This document shows, piece after piece, positions 1 to 16,325 of a DNA stretch of 64,000 bases. The notes beneath the pieces were generated by a model, which saw only the letters and a program-made list of their open reading frames with translations, did not search any database and was not told the DNA's origin. This DNA comes from the human T2T-CHM13v2.0 reference genome, Homo sapiens. The translations under genes and the position numbers were made by a program. The stretch lies in assembly GCF_009914755.1 (NCBI RefSeq), contig NC_060937.1; one strand, 5' to 3'. Numbering within the stretch: the stretch's first letter is position 1; every line of letters begins with the position of its first letter.

Positions 1-212
1 CTCCTCAGTACTAAACCTAGATTTGAACCTAAGGTATCACTCATTACTTATTATTTATTGAATACCTTATATTCAATAATATTGTACAATATGAGGAAAA
101 AAATGAAATGTCAGGACTTGGGGAAAGAAGATAGCTTAGGAAAGGGTGGGGAAGAGATCATTGAACCATAGATTTGTTTCTGATATGGTCAGCAGTCAAA
201 AACAGAAAAGTT

Positions 213-456
213 GGCTGGGTATGATGGCTCATTCCTATAATCTCAGGACTTTGGGAGACCAGGGCAGGTGGATTGCTCTAGCCCAGGAGGTCAAGACCAG
301 CCTGGGCAACAGAGAGAGACCCTGTTTCTGTTTTTTGTAGAGATGGGGTTCCCACTATATTGCCCAGGCTGGTCTCGTACTCTTGGACTCAAGTGATCTT
401 CCTGCCTCACCCTCCCAAAGTTTGGGGATTACAGGCGTGAGCCACCATGCCTGGCC
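213..456. mobile_element. Two Alu left-arm fragments, tail-to-tail (+ 213-330, - ~335-456)
   Basis: ggctgggtatgatggctc...gaccagcctgggcaac on +, immediately followed by a reverse-complement left arm ending gattacaggcgtgagccaccatgcctggcc. Confidence 0.85.
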
Positions 457-594
457 TGGTTTAGCTTTTAATAAGTATCTGTGCTCAGTATGGGGGTCTT
501 TCACTTCTAAATCATGTGGAAAATTGAAATTCTTTTAATGCCTGAAAAATGGAATCTGTGGAGAAATGCAAAAGAAGGTGTATCAACAGCTTAA

Positions 595-1556
<962 letters not shown>

Positions 1557-1675
1557 CTAAGCAGTGAGCTTATGTGTGGCCACATGGGTGAACACACACA
1601 GGCGAGGGCTGGGAGGGAGCACAGCTGCCCATGCGCTCCGCTTGGCCTCCGGAAGCCTTGCAGGGCGTGGCAGAG

Positions 1676-1813
1676 CTGGCCTGCTCCCCAGCTCGTCTCC
1701 AGCAGCTCTGGCCTGCTCCCCAGCTCGTCTCCAGCGGCTCTGGCGTGCTCCCCAGCTCGTCTCCAGCGGCTCTGGCGTGCTCCCCAGCTCGTCTCCAGCG
1801 GCTCTGGCCTGCT
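1676..1813 (+). repeat. 32-bp minisatellite, 4 copies plus a partial copy, in a UPF3A intron
   Basis: Unit ctggc(c/g)tgctccccagctcgtctccagc(a/g)gct starts at 1676, 1708, 1740, 1772 and 1804. Confidence 0.95.
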
Positions 1814-2189
1814 GGTTTCTCATGAATGCACCAGCGGATTCCACCTCAGGACTCCGCACGTTTCCCTCCACAGGGACTTCCCCAGATGTGCCCGTGGCTC
1901 CTTCTTGGCATCTGGTCTTAGTTCCCGTCTTGGCTCTGCAGAGAGCCCTCCTGGACCCTCCTCTTCCTGCGTCTCTGATGCTTTACTCTCCCTTCATGTC
2001 TGTTCGTAGCTTTTGATGCTACCTGAGGTTATCTTATTCCTTTGTTTCCTTTTTCATATTTTTGCCACTGTTCACAGCATTCCCCCTTGACCACCGTTGC
2101 CTCAGGTGGTGCATCAGGCGCAAGTTCCTTCGAGGCAGGGGCACCTCTTGTCTCATTCACAGCCATTCCCTAGTGCCTAGCACAGGGTC

Positions 2190-3210
2190 TTAGGCCCTGG
2201 TTCCTGCACACAGCTCCTCAGACCTCGGGAATCTGCAGTAATATGAGTGTCTTATATGCCAATGAGAGGACTAGGGGCTGGGGGCCCCAGGCAGCTTCAG
2301 GATGGGGACTAGTTGGCCAGAAAGCCAAGGCAGGACTAGAGGGTTGGGACTTTCAGTCCCACCCTAGCCTCCGAGAGGGCAGAGGGCCTAGAGAGAGGTC
2401 ACCGGTGGCCAGTGACTTAATCAGTCACACCTACATAATGAAACCTTAATAATGCCTAAAGACAGGGCTTCCAGGGGCCAGGCACAGTGGCTCACGCCTG
2501 TAATCCCAGCTCTTTGGGGGGCCAAGGCAGGTGGATCCCGAGGTCAGGAGTTTGAGACCAGCCTGGCTAATATGGTGAAACCCCGTCTCTACTAAAAATA
2601 CAAAAATTAGCCAGGCATGGTGGCACATGCCTGTAGTCCCAGTTACTCAGGAGGCTGAGGCAGAAGAATCGCTTGAACCCAGGAGGCGAAGGTACAGTGA
2701 GCCGAGATCGCGTCACTGCAGTCTAGCTTGGGTGACAGAGCAAGACTCCATCTCAAAAAAAATAAAAAAAATAGACGGGCCTTCCGGGTTGGTGAGCACA
2801 TCAAGGTGCTGGGAGGGTTACTGCATGGAAGCTCCAAGTACCACTACACCATACCCCATACCCACCTTGTGCATTTTTTCCGTTTGGCTGTTCTGGGTTG
2901 TATCCTTTATGATTAGCCAATAATCGAGAAAACAGTGCCTTTCTGAGTTCTGTGAGCCATTTCAGCAACTTACCAAATCTGAGGAGAGGCCATCGGGAAC
3001 CCCTGAATTTATTGCTGACTGGTCAGAAGTACCGGTGACACACTGGGACTTGGAACTGTCGTCTGAAAGGGGGGCAGTCTTGTGGGACTGAGCCCTTGAC
3101 CCGTGGGTTCTGGTGCTAACTCCAGGTCGATGATCTCAGAGTTGAGTTGAATGTGGAGCACGCAGCTGGTGTCGGAGGGGTGGTATTGAAAAAGACGTGC
3201 AGTGTCAGAA
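2190..3210 (+). mobile_element. MER21-like ERV LTR interrupted by an AluS (~2476-2770)
   Basis: cacagctcct...gcttcaggatgggg...gggttgggactttcag...ctgagttctgtgagccat...gtcttgtgggactgagccct resembles the MER21 family as recalled; Alu flanked by similar agac(a)gggc(c)ttcc repeats; ends approximate. Confidence 0.6.
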
Positions 3211-3894
3211 ATGTAAGAACAGTTCCTAGGCACACAGAATATTTGTTGAATGGGTGGATGGAGATTTGCACTTCCTATGGTTCACATTTATTACAGACAT
3301 GTTACTGTTGCAATTTTTATAAAAGATGGGCAGTTACCAGAAAGGAAATGTTTAAGTTCCCAGATTCCACATAGGCAGAATAAGAGGATGTTCACAGCTG
3401 ACATGGGGCCCACGCTTGATGAGAAGCGGCTTCCAATGCTCCACCTTGCATGATGCGTTGTGTTCCCAAGTGAACACGTGTGATTGAATGCATCTGTGTA
3501 TGGTCTTGCTATGCTGCAATTATGAGTGAGAACAGAATTCTCAGATGTACACCTTCCATTTCTGTTCTACAAATGATCTGTCTGTGGTGCTTCCGTTTTT
3601 TTTTTTTTTCTCCCTTTTCTCAAGTTAGCTGAGGTGCTTTAGTTTCAAAAACTATACAGAGAGCAGGGAGAAAGGCCAGGGGCATACAGGGCAGATGAAA
3701 TATGTCGTGGCGACTTGTTCATTAATTCTGTTTCAGGAAAGAGAATAATCAGTGTTTTGAAAACTATAAACTATTCTAAAAATCATCAGTAGGAAGCAGC
3801 CTTTTAAAAATTTTTTTTTCCTTATTACAAAACTAATACTTGTCTATGTCAGGAAAACTAGACCCTATAGATGAAAGGAAATAAAGTCATTTCA

Positions 3895-4916
<1,022 letters not shown>

Positions 4917-5212
4917 GAGAAAAGTGTAAGTGAGATTGTGGTGCATGTTCTGTTTTTTAGCCCTTTATTCATTACGTGAACATCTTTGCATCACATTAAC
5001 CTACCTTACTTTTCATGACTAAAAAATATTTCATTCACTGAATGTTCCACCACGTATTAAACCAAAAACCTCATTTTTGGACCTTTAGCTTTAATTCTTT
5101 GCTGTGCAAACATTTGGCTTCAATATTGGGGTATATTTGTAATTATTTATTTAACAGCTTCTTTTAAAATATGCTCTCAAGGTGATACTTTACTAACATT
5201 GTAATTTCTCAG

Positions 5213-5373
5213 CTTCTTAAGAAACCAGAAAAGGGAGAGGAACCAACCACAGAGAAACCAAAAGAAAGAGGAGAGGAGATTGATACTGGAGGTGGCAAGC
5301 AGGAATCCTGTGCCCCCGGTGCAGTCGTAAAAGCCAGGCCCATGGAAGGCTCGCTGGAGGAGCCCCAGGAGAC
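5213..5373 (+). CDS. UPF3A: UPF3A internal coding exon (161 nt; LLKKPEKGEEPTTEKPKERGEEIDTGGGKQESCAPGAVVKARPMEGSLEEPQE[T])
   Basis: Perfect TACTAAC branch point at 5191-5197, acceptor tttctcAG, donor GTGAGC at 5374; splices in frame to 8105; peptide recognised as UPF3A. Confidence 0.95.
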
Positions 5374-6619
5374 GTGAGCATGCTTTCATTGTTATGACCA
5401 CGTCAGCTCCCAGTCATGGTGACGTAGGCTTTGTCAGTACGAGTATGCCTATTTCACACTGTTCTTGGAATCCAAGACTTTCCAGGGTGTGCGAGTACAC
5501 GTTAGCCTTCATTTCCCATCAGCATGGCAGGAACGTAGTGAACTCGTCTTGTCTGCAGTCTCAAGTCTGTCTTCAGATCGGGAGTTTCTTCCTGTTGTTT
5601 GCTTTGCTTTTGCCTCCATGTCCTCCTTTTACTCCTGAGCCGCCTCCTGGATTCCTGCTGTTGCATGTCAGGTCTTCAGGATCTGTCTTCCCAGTCTTTC
5701 TTTTTGTTTTTTGTTTTTTATTTTTCTCTGTGTTTGTGATATCTTGCCCTTTGCTCTTTTATCCCCCTTGCAATTTATCTACAGAATTGCATATTTGGGA
5801 ACCCCCTCTTTTAGGTCTGGCAGATCTTTTGTGATAGAGAAACAGAATTTTAAGTGCTGTGATCCTTTGGTTGAAGCTGTCCCTGGCTCCTCTGGCTGTG
5901 GATCTTGACCAGCAGCTTTGGCTGTGCACTGTGGGTCCTCCCTTTTTCTTTTCCTTTGCTGCATATGACAGTGCAGCTCTATGGAGGGAGCTCATCTGCG
6001 AAAGGGACAGACACAGCATTATCTGCCCGGTGGGCCAGAGAGACCAGCCAGATGCCAGTCAGGAGGGATCCTGTCCCTCTTGCTCCTGGCATCCACCATC
6101 CTCAGGGCCCCAGGCACCTGGGCTTACCTTCCCCTCCGGGACTCCTGCCCACTCACTGCCTCTCGCCACCCACAGTCTCCTGGTGCCCAGGGCCACTTGG
6201 CCCACAGGGGATGATGGACGTGGATTTTAGGTGGGAAGACTAATGCGATTAGGCTGCCGGCTTCCCAGAGCCATAGTCGTAGGTGTGATTTCTCACTGCC
6301 TTTCGTTCAGAGTTGATGAAGTATTTTTTCTACTTCTTGGGAGTTTTGGTTTATTGCTTTGTTTATAAAATTTATATATGATTATCAAATCCATGATTGT
6401 GAAGCACTGTGATGATGTTACCGGTGTTGTTACTGTGACAGTTGATGACACAGCAGGACCTACTGCCACGTGTCTGCTGTGAATTCATACTTGGTTACAG
6501 ATCCTTATGGTCCCCAACAGCCCTGGCAAATGAGCGAAGCAGCCATTTATTTACTATTCATTTAATATTCTGATAAATGCATAAAGATAATTAATCTGCC
6601 ATTATTAAATGTCAGTTAA

Positions 6620-7485
<866 letters not shown>

Positions 7486-7553
7486 CAAAAGAAGGTATTT
7501 ACTTTGGAGGGTTATTGAGAATTAGAAAATATGTATAAAAAGTACCTTAGCAT

Positions 7554-7853
7554 GGCCAGGCATGGTGGCTCACACCTGTAATCCCAGCACTTTGGGAGGC
7601 CAAGATGGGCATATCATAAGGTCAGGAGATCGAGACCATCCTAACTAACACAGTGAAACCCCGTCTCTACTAAAAATACACAAAAAATTAGCCGGGCGTG
7701 GTCGCGGGCACCTGTAGTCCCAGCTACTCGGGAGGCTGAGGCAGGAGGATGGTGTGAACCCAGGAGGCGGAGCTTTCAGTGAGCTGAGATCCCGCCATTT
7801 TACTCCAGCCTGGGCAACAGAGCGAGACTCCATCTCAGAAAAAAAAAAAAAAA
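7554..7853 (+). mobile_element. AluY/Sc-like element with TSD
   Basis: aaaagtaccttag flanks both ends (~7538-7550 and ~7850-7862). Confidence 0.9.
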
Positions 7854-8104
7854 GTACCTTAGTATAAGGCATATTGCCTATCTGTCACTCAACTGAAATG
7901 ACAGATACTATTACTATGATTTATTCCTCTTTGTAGTGGTTTTTATCAACGCCTGCTGTGTGCCCATCGCAGTGCAGCCTCAGCAGTGCAGCGCTGAGCA
8001 CTTCGCATGGGTCCCTGTTGTCTGGGAACCTGTGGTCTAGAAAGGAGGGTGGGCAGCCAACCGGCGGTTTACTGCAGTTGCTGATCATTTGTGTTGAATC
8101 ATAG

Positions 8105-8399
8105 GTCACACAGCGGCAGTGATAAAGAGCACAGGGATGTGGAGAGATCTCAAGAACAAGAATCTGAAGCACAAAGATACCATGTGGATGACGGCAGGAG
8201 GCACAGAGCTCACCACGAGCCTGAACGGCTTTCCAGAAGGAGTGAGGATGAGCAGAGATGGGGGAAAGGACCTGGCCAAGACAGAGGGAAGAAGGGGAGC
8301 CAGGACAGCGGGGCTCCGGGGGAGGCCATGGAGAGACTGGGAAGAGCGCAGAGGTGTGACGACAGTCCAGCACCCAGAAAAGAGCGACTGGCAAACAAG
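8105..8399 (+). CDS. UPF3A: UPF3A penultimate coding exon (295 nt; SHSGSDKEHRDVERSQEQE...PAPRKERLANK)
   Basis: Acceptor aatcatAG at 8103-8104, open frame (ORF 8091..8462), weak donor AAG|GTTTTT at 8400; phases match both flanking exons. Confidence 0.95.
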
Positions 8400-9189
8400 G
8401 TTTTTATTAAACCCAAAAAGAAAAATGTGTCTGGCTGTCTTAAGGTCCAGGCTGCATGCTGACCATGTCACCCCCACTTGGCCTTGTGTCTTGGGGAACG
8501 CAGTGCTTTGAGCATTTTCAAGAGCAGTTTTTCCTGAAAGTCAGATCCCAGAGTGAGACTAGTCATCATCTTTTCTCAGATAATCAAATTATTTTTCACC
8601 AGGAAAAAGAAAGATTTTATTTAGTATAAAACTAGCACGTTTATATGATTCACTTGAGAATAAGATTATTAAATTTACCCTTGAGACAGGAAGGAAAGTT
8701 TTAATGATATTTCATGGAGGTTTCTTCCACATTATTAACAACATTCTGATTATTGGTGAATATTCCCATGGCTCACAAACACCTGTAAGTTAGATCTGCA
8801 CGGACGGTGAGCACAGGACTGTGGTTACCCCCTTAGCCAAGCAAACAACTTTTTTTTTTCAGGAGCTAATTTTTGTTCAGGTTGCATTTTCCCAGCGCAG
8901 CACTACAGATGGCATCACCTTTCTGACAGCACCAGGCCCCACCCTGGCCTCCTAGCAAACTGAGGGCTGCCTAGGGTTCCAGTTCCCACTCACCTCCCTC
9001 CCCATGTCTAACCCCTGGCAGCCACTGTCTGTTCTCTGCCTCTGTGATTTTGTCATTTCAAGAATGCTTGATAAATGGAAACACACAGTATGTGAGCTTT
9101 GAGAGTGGCTTTCTTCACTCAGTCTAATTCCTTTCAGATCCTTCCAGGTTGTTGTGTGTATGAACGATGTTCACTTTGAAACTGTTTCA

Positions 9190-10180
<991 letters not shown>

Positions 10181-11162
10181 CAGAGCTATGCGTGCTGGCT
10201 CCAGGCAGCCTGTCCAGGGGCCTGCTGAGCCTGTTCCCACCCCTCCCATTGGTCAGGTTCATACCAAGGAAAAGAAAATTAAGTTAAACCCCCTGGTGGT
10301 AAGCAGATGTGGGCTTCCACACACAGTCCAGGAGGAGGTAGAGGTGAGCTGGTGAATCCTGGAGAAGGAGCGCATGAGATGTACCCACATGGTCGTCCTT
10401 GCAGCCCACACTTGGGCTCCTGGTGGCTGTTGGAGGCTAAGGCTGCAGCTCTGCAGGGAGAATAGGCAGGGAGCGGGAGGCGCGTGGAGCAGGAGGCTCA
10501 CGGAAGCTGGAAGCCGCCTTCCTCCTCTGCCACCCCTTCAGTGCTGGGGCAGGGCTGGTGGCCCCATCAGGAGGAATTGTGCTGCTGTCGCTGCTGACAC
10601 TAGCCTTCAGGGCCACTCTATGCTTCCCTGGCTGTTGCCTTCTTCAGGCCCTCAACAGCTGCCCTTCATGGACTTCATGGGTCATTTTTATTGCTTCACC
10701 TCCAGGAGTTTAATAAAATGATGGGGTGATGTCTTCTAAAAAGGGACCAGTTCAGTCTCCCTGCTGGTACATGCTAGGCAGGGATAAGCCCCATGGAAAT
10801 TGCTTACTACTCACGTTAATAAGTTTTAGTTGGCAGATCTGAAACCATCTGTGAGGGTCCACATCTCATTTTGTTCACTTCCCAACTCAGAGGGGGACGT
10901 CATGATTGTACTGTTCCCACAGATTACATGTTCTTGTTTGAGCAATAACATTTGCCCAGATAACCAGTGTTTACATGGCTTTTTTAATTGCCTTAGAATG
11001 CCTGGTTTCTGAGATAGTGCTGTGAAAAAAGGGCTGATTTTTAGCTGCCTAGTTGATTTTCTTTGGACAATTCATATCATCAAGTTCTAGAAATATAGGG
11101 AGATATTGACCCTTCTGTGTTGCTACCTCTTGGAAGAGTAACATGCCCTCTTATCCTGGCAG

Positions 11163-11291
11163 GACCGGCCAGCCTTGCAGCTGTATGATCCAGGAGCTCG
11201 CTTCCGAGCGCGAGAGTGTGGCGGAAACAGGAGGATCTGCAAGGCAGAAGGTTCGGGGACTGGTCCTGAGAAGAGGGAAGAGGCAGAGTGA
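11163..11291 (+). CDS. UPF3A: UPF3A last coding exon (DRPALQLYDPGARFRARECGGNRRICKAEGSGTGPEKREEAE*), carrying most of the EJC-binding motif
   Basis: Acceptor cctggcAG at 11161-11162; TGA at 11289-11291; NKDRPALQLYDPGAR matches the UPF3 EJC-binding motif. Confidence 0.95.
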   Translation, partial: DRPALQLYDPGARFRARECGGNRRICKAEGSGTGPEKREEAE

Positions 11292-12190
11292 GTCACTGCA
11301 CGCACCTGGCCTCCATGGACGAGCAAGGGCATCCCAGAAACGTGTAAATGACCCCGAGTGTGACTGGGAAGGAGAACTTATTCCTTACCAGGAAACTGGA
11401 AGCTAAAAATACAGAGGGTGACGTAGAAACACGCAGAAACCATTCTAAAGAAAGTAGTGATCTTGTATTAAATTGAGCAGAATTCTCACAGATTTTACCA
11501 TTCCTGTTATAAACTAGTATTTGTTGTTTAGCCAAAACAGAAAATGATTTCCACTGGACAGTAGAAAAATATGTGTAAAATAGGGAAGAAAGTTAGTATT
11601 GGATCAGTGTGAGTCCTGAAGCACTTTCAGTGCTGTGAGAACGACATCCACTTTGGGTTTCATTCGTTTGTAAGCAGAGGAGCTGTCAGTCACTCGTGCT
11701 TCTCGGTGGCCTCTGAGCCATGGTGTCGAGTGAAGAGTAGTTCTTGTTTGTTACAACCTTTGTGAGTCAGCCATGCCCGCAAAGCGTGCTGTGTTTTAGT
11801 CCTGGTAGGAATATTTATCAGAGTTCACACTATATAAAACCCAACAGCTTCAACTATTGCCCTTTCAACAGTTTTGCCACTGACCGGATAGAAACGGTTT
11901 CAGTCTCTGGATGGATGTGTTTGTGGTTTGTAACCATTACGGTTTAAACCATGGTTTAAGAATTTGCCCAAATAACAGAAATTTTGTTCGGGAAGGGATA
12001 AACTAGATATAGCATACAGAGCCTGTTTTTGAGTTTTAGATACTTTATTTGTAAATAACTTAAAATAGCTTTCTGAAACCGTGCATTCTGTAGTTTCTTC
12101 CTTTCAGTGAAATTGCTAAATGTCAATGTATTTTTGGCACTGCGATTTTAACCATTTATTAAATAAAAATTTTGTTAAAGAAGTACTGAA
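11292..12190 (+). other. UPF3A: UPF3A 3'UTR (~0.9 kb) ending after ATTAAA/AATAAA at 12158-12167
   Basis: Repeat-free sequence after the stop; overlapping polyadenylation hexamers; cleavage site inferred ~20 nt downstream. Confidence 0.8.
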
Positions 12191-12326
12191 ATATTCTTTG
12201 AATCTGTGTCAGGGAAATTCTGATTTGTTAGTTCAAATGCCTGACAGCATAATCATACAGATCTTCTCTTGTCTTGGTTTGGATGACACTGAGCAGCTGT
12301 CAGAAACGTGCAAAAAATTCCAAAAG
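12171..12326 (+). pseudogene. F-box-encoding exon relic of an FBXO36-like paralog (equivalent to FBXO36 exon 3)
   Basis: 52 open codons FVKEVLKYSLNLCQGNSDLLVQMPDSIIIQIFSCLGLDDTEQLSETCKKFQK align gaplessly to recalled FBXO36 FGARILDYVINLCKGKFDFLERLSDDLLLTIISYLDLEDIARLCQTSHRFAK (~19/52 identical by eye); ends at phase-0 donor AAG|GTAAGG; no AG acceptor at the expected position. Confidence 0.75.
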
Positions 12327-12388
12327 GTAAGGCCTTAAAATATTTTACTGGTAAATATTACACAGACTTTCAAAAGGACAGAGAATGA

Positions 12389-12978
<590 letters not shown>

Positions 12979-12986
12979 ATACTAAA

Positions 12987-13586
12987 CACAATTCAGAAGA
13001 GCCACCCAGAGGGAGACAACAATGTCACAACTACTTGTGCCACACACACAGACTGTGCTCTTGTCTATTGGTTCTACTTGACATCAAAGGGAGGCTAGTT
13101 GTTTGTTTCATCAATGAACCACAGCTGCAGGTGGATTTCCACACCAGGATGAATGAAGACTCAGACATCACCTTCCATTTCCAAGTGTTCTTTGGCCGTT
13201 GTGTGGTCATGAACAGCGTGAGAATGGGGCCTGGAAGCCTGAGATGAAATCCAAAAATATGCCCTTTCAGAATGGCAAAGAATTTGACCTGAGCATCTTG
13301 GTGCTGGACAGTAAGTACCAGGTAATGGTCGATGGCCAATGCTTTTAGAGCTTTGACCATCGAATCCCGCCTGAGTCTGTGAAGATGGTGCAAGTGTGGA
13401 GAGATGTCTCCCTGACCAAAGTGAGTGCCTGCAATTGAGGGTGATAACCAGACTTCCTGTTGACAAAGGAATCCGTTTCTGTGTGACCATGGGATTCCCA
13501 GAGCCAGCTAACAGCATAATTCCTCCTCACTTCAACCCTTACTCTTGCTCATTAAAACTTCGCCAAACTTAAAACAAACAAAAAAC
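12987..13586 (+). pseudogene. CLCP2: Processed pseudogene of CLC (galectin-10)/chr19-cluster galectin type, probably CLCP2
   Basis: Intronless; ATG at 13022; [135 protein letters not shown] (stop 13436-13438); two frameshifts, premature TAG 13346-13348, ATTAAA at 13551, A-rich tail at 13571. Symbol from memory. Confidence 0.9.
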
Positions 13587-14054
13587 ACTGGATTTTAAAA
13601 ACACATACGCCCATGCTTCTTCACAAGGGGAATATCTTATCTGTAAAATAAAGCCATATTCCCACTGGAAAGTCGGTGATCATTAAGAATTTCTAGATTG
13701 CTTAAATAACAGTACCTTGCATTTATGAAGTTCTTTATGTTTCTCAGGCAGAATATTGATAGCTGATAAAACTGATGAGAGTCCATTATATTACCCTCTC
13801 TTCCTTGAATGTTTAAAATTTCTAGTAATAATGCATTAAAAAGAAAATTCATCTCGGATGGGGATGTATTTTCCCAGTTGGTTTATCTATCAGTGGATGA
13901 GTTGAATACCTTTTACTAATAGAATAAGATAGTGTTGGACAATTCTACTCCAGTTTTTAATTTTATTAATATAACTACTGAGAAATCTTGCTCACACAGT
14001 AAAAAGGAAGAGAGGAGTTTTGTTAGGTTAACACCACTTAATTCTTTAATTTCT

Positions 14055-15392
<1,338 letters not shown>

Positions 15393-16232
15393 AGAAATAA
15401 AATATTTAATTGGATAAAGAATGACTGCAACTGGGAAACATTTGGTAGAAACAGGTTTTAACTATCTTAATGATTACTGCACACTTTATTAGGATGAAAC
15501 CACATAAAAACTTACCCTTAGGTTTTATAGGATGTATTTTGGAAACAGCCCCATTAGCAAATTGCTTAAACTTTGATATATGTTCCTTGTTCATTCTGTG
15601 TCTGAGTCATGTTTATGGAGCTGGGGTCTTGCTGTGTTGCCCAGGCTGGAGGCCATTGACAATTTACGGGTGTGATCACAGTGCACTGCAGCCGCAAACT
15701 CCTGGCCTCAAGCAGTCCTCCCACCTCAGCCTCTCAAGTGCATGTTTTTGCCTTTCTGAAAATCATACTTTAAGCCCATCCCCTTACCTGTTTCCCCAAA
15801 CTGTCTCTCAAATCTTTTATTCTTATTGGGTCCTGATACTCATCCTATGAAGTAAGTATTCTCTATTAATGGTCAGAGTTCTTGTTACTGTAATTAAATC
15901 AGTATAAAATAATGGCATCTAACATTGATTCTGTTCAGTGTGCTAGCACTAAGTGCTCTGAACACTTCATGCTGTCTTATGCCAAAACAAGCTTATAAGG
16001 TGGGTACTATCGTTCCACTGCATGCAAACATATGAGAAAGTAGCCTTGCCCAAGTTCACATTCAAGCATGTGCACGCGCACACAGTAAGTTACAGAGGCA
16101 AATTCTAACATAGGTTGGTCTGACTTCACAGCCAAAGCTCTCAGCGACTGTGCCTGCCATTCCCAGAACAGGAGAAAGTATGTTTTCAACCAGCATTAAA
16201 GCTGTAGGTCTCTAGCGTTGCCAGTGCCTTAC

Positions 16233-16325
16233 CTCAGCTTTAGTGATGGCAGGTGGTAGAAGTCCTTGCTCGGAGAGGGAGCCTGGCTGCACACCTGGTA
16301 CACAATGCGGGGCAGGAGAGACCAT
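16233..16325 (-). pseudogene. First coding exon relic of the same FBXO36-like paralog
   Basis: Minus strand reads ATG-G/TCT CTC CTG CCC CGC ATT GTG TAC CAG GTG TGC AGC CAG GCT CCC TCT CCG AGC AAG GAC TTC TAC CAC CT/GCC ATC ACT AAA GCT GAG|GTAAG = M(A)SLLPRIVYQVCSQAPSPSKDFYHLAITKAE, versus recalled FBXO36 MASWLPETLFETVGQGPPPSKDYYQLLVTRSQ|; 93 nt = 32 codons minus a 2-nt and a 1-nt deletion. Confidence 0.8.

Noticed and set aside
13875-13930. Plus-strand W...FTNR resembling FBXO36 exon 4 (WRQLFFTNK)
   Set aside because: Too few identities and wrong spacing; exon 4 was not identified.
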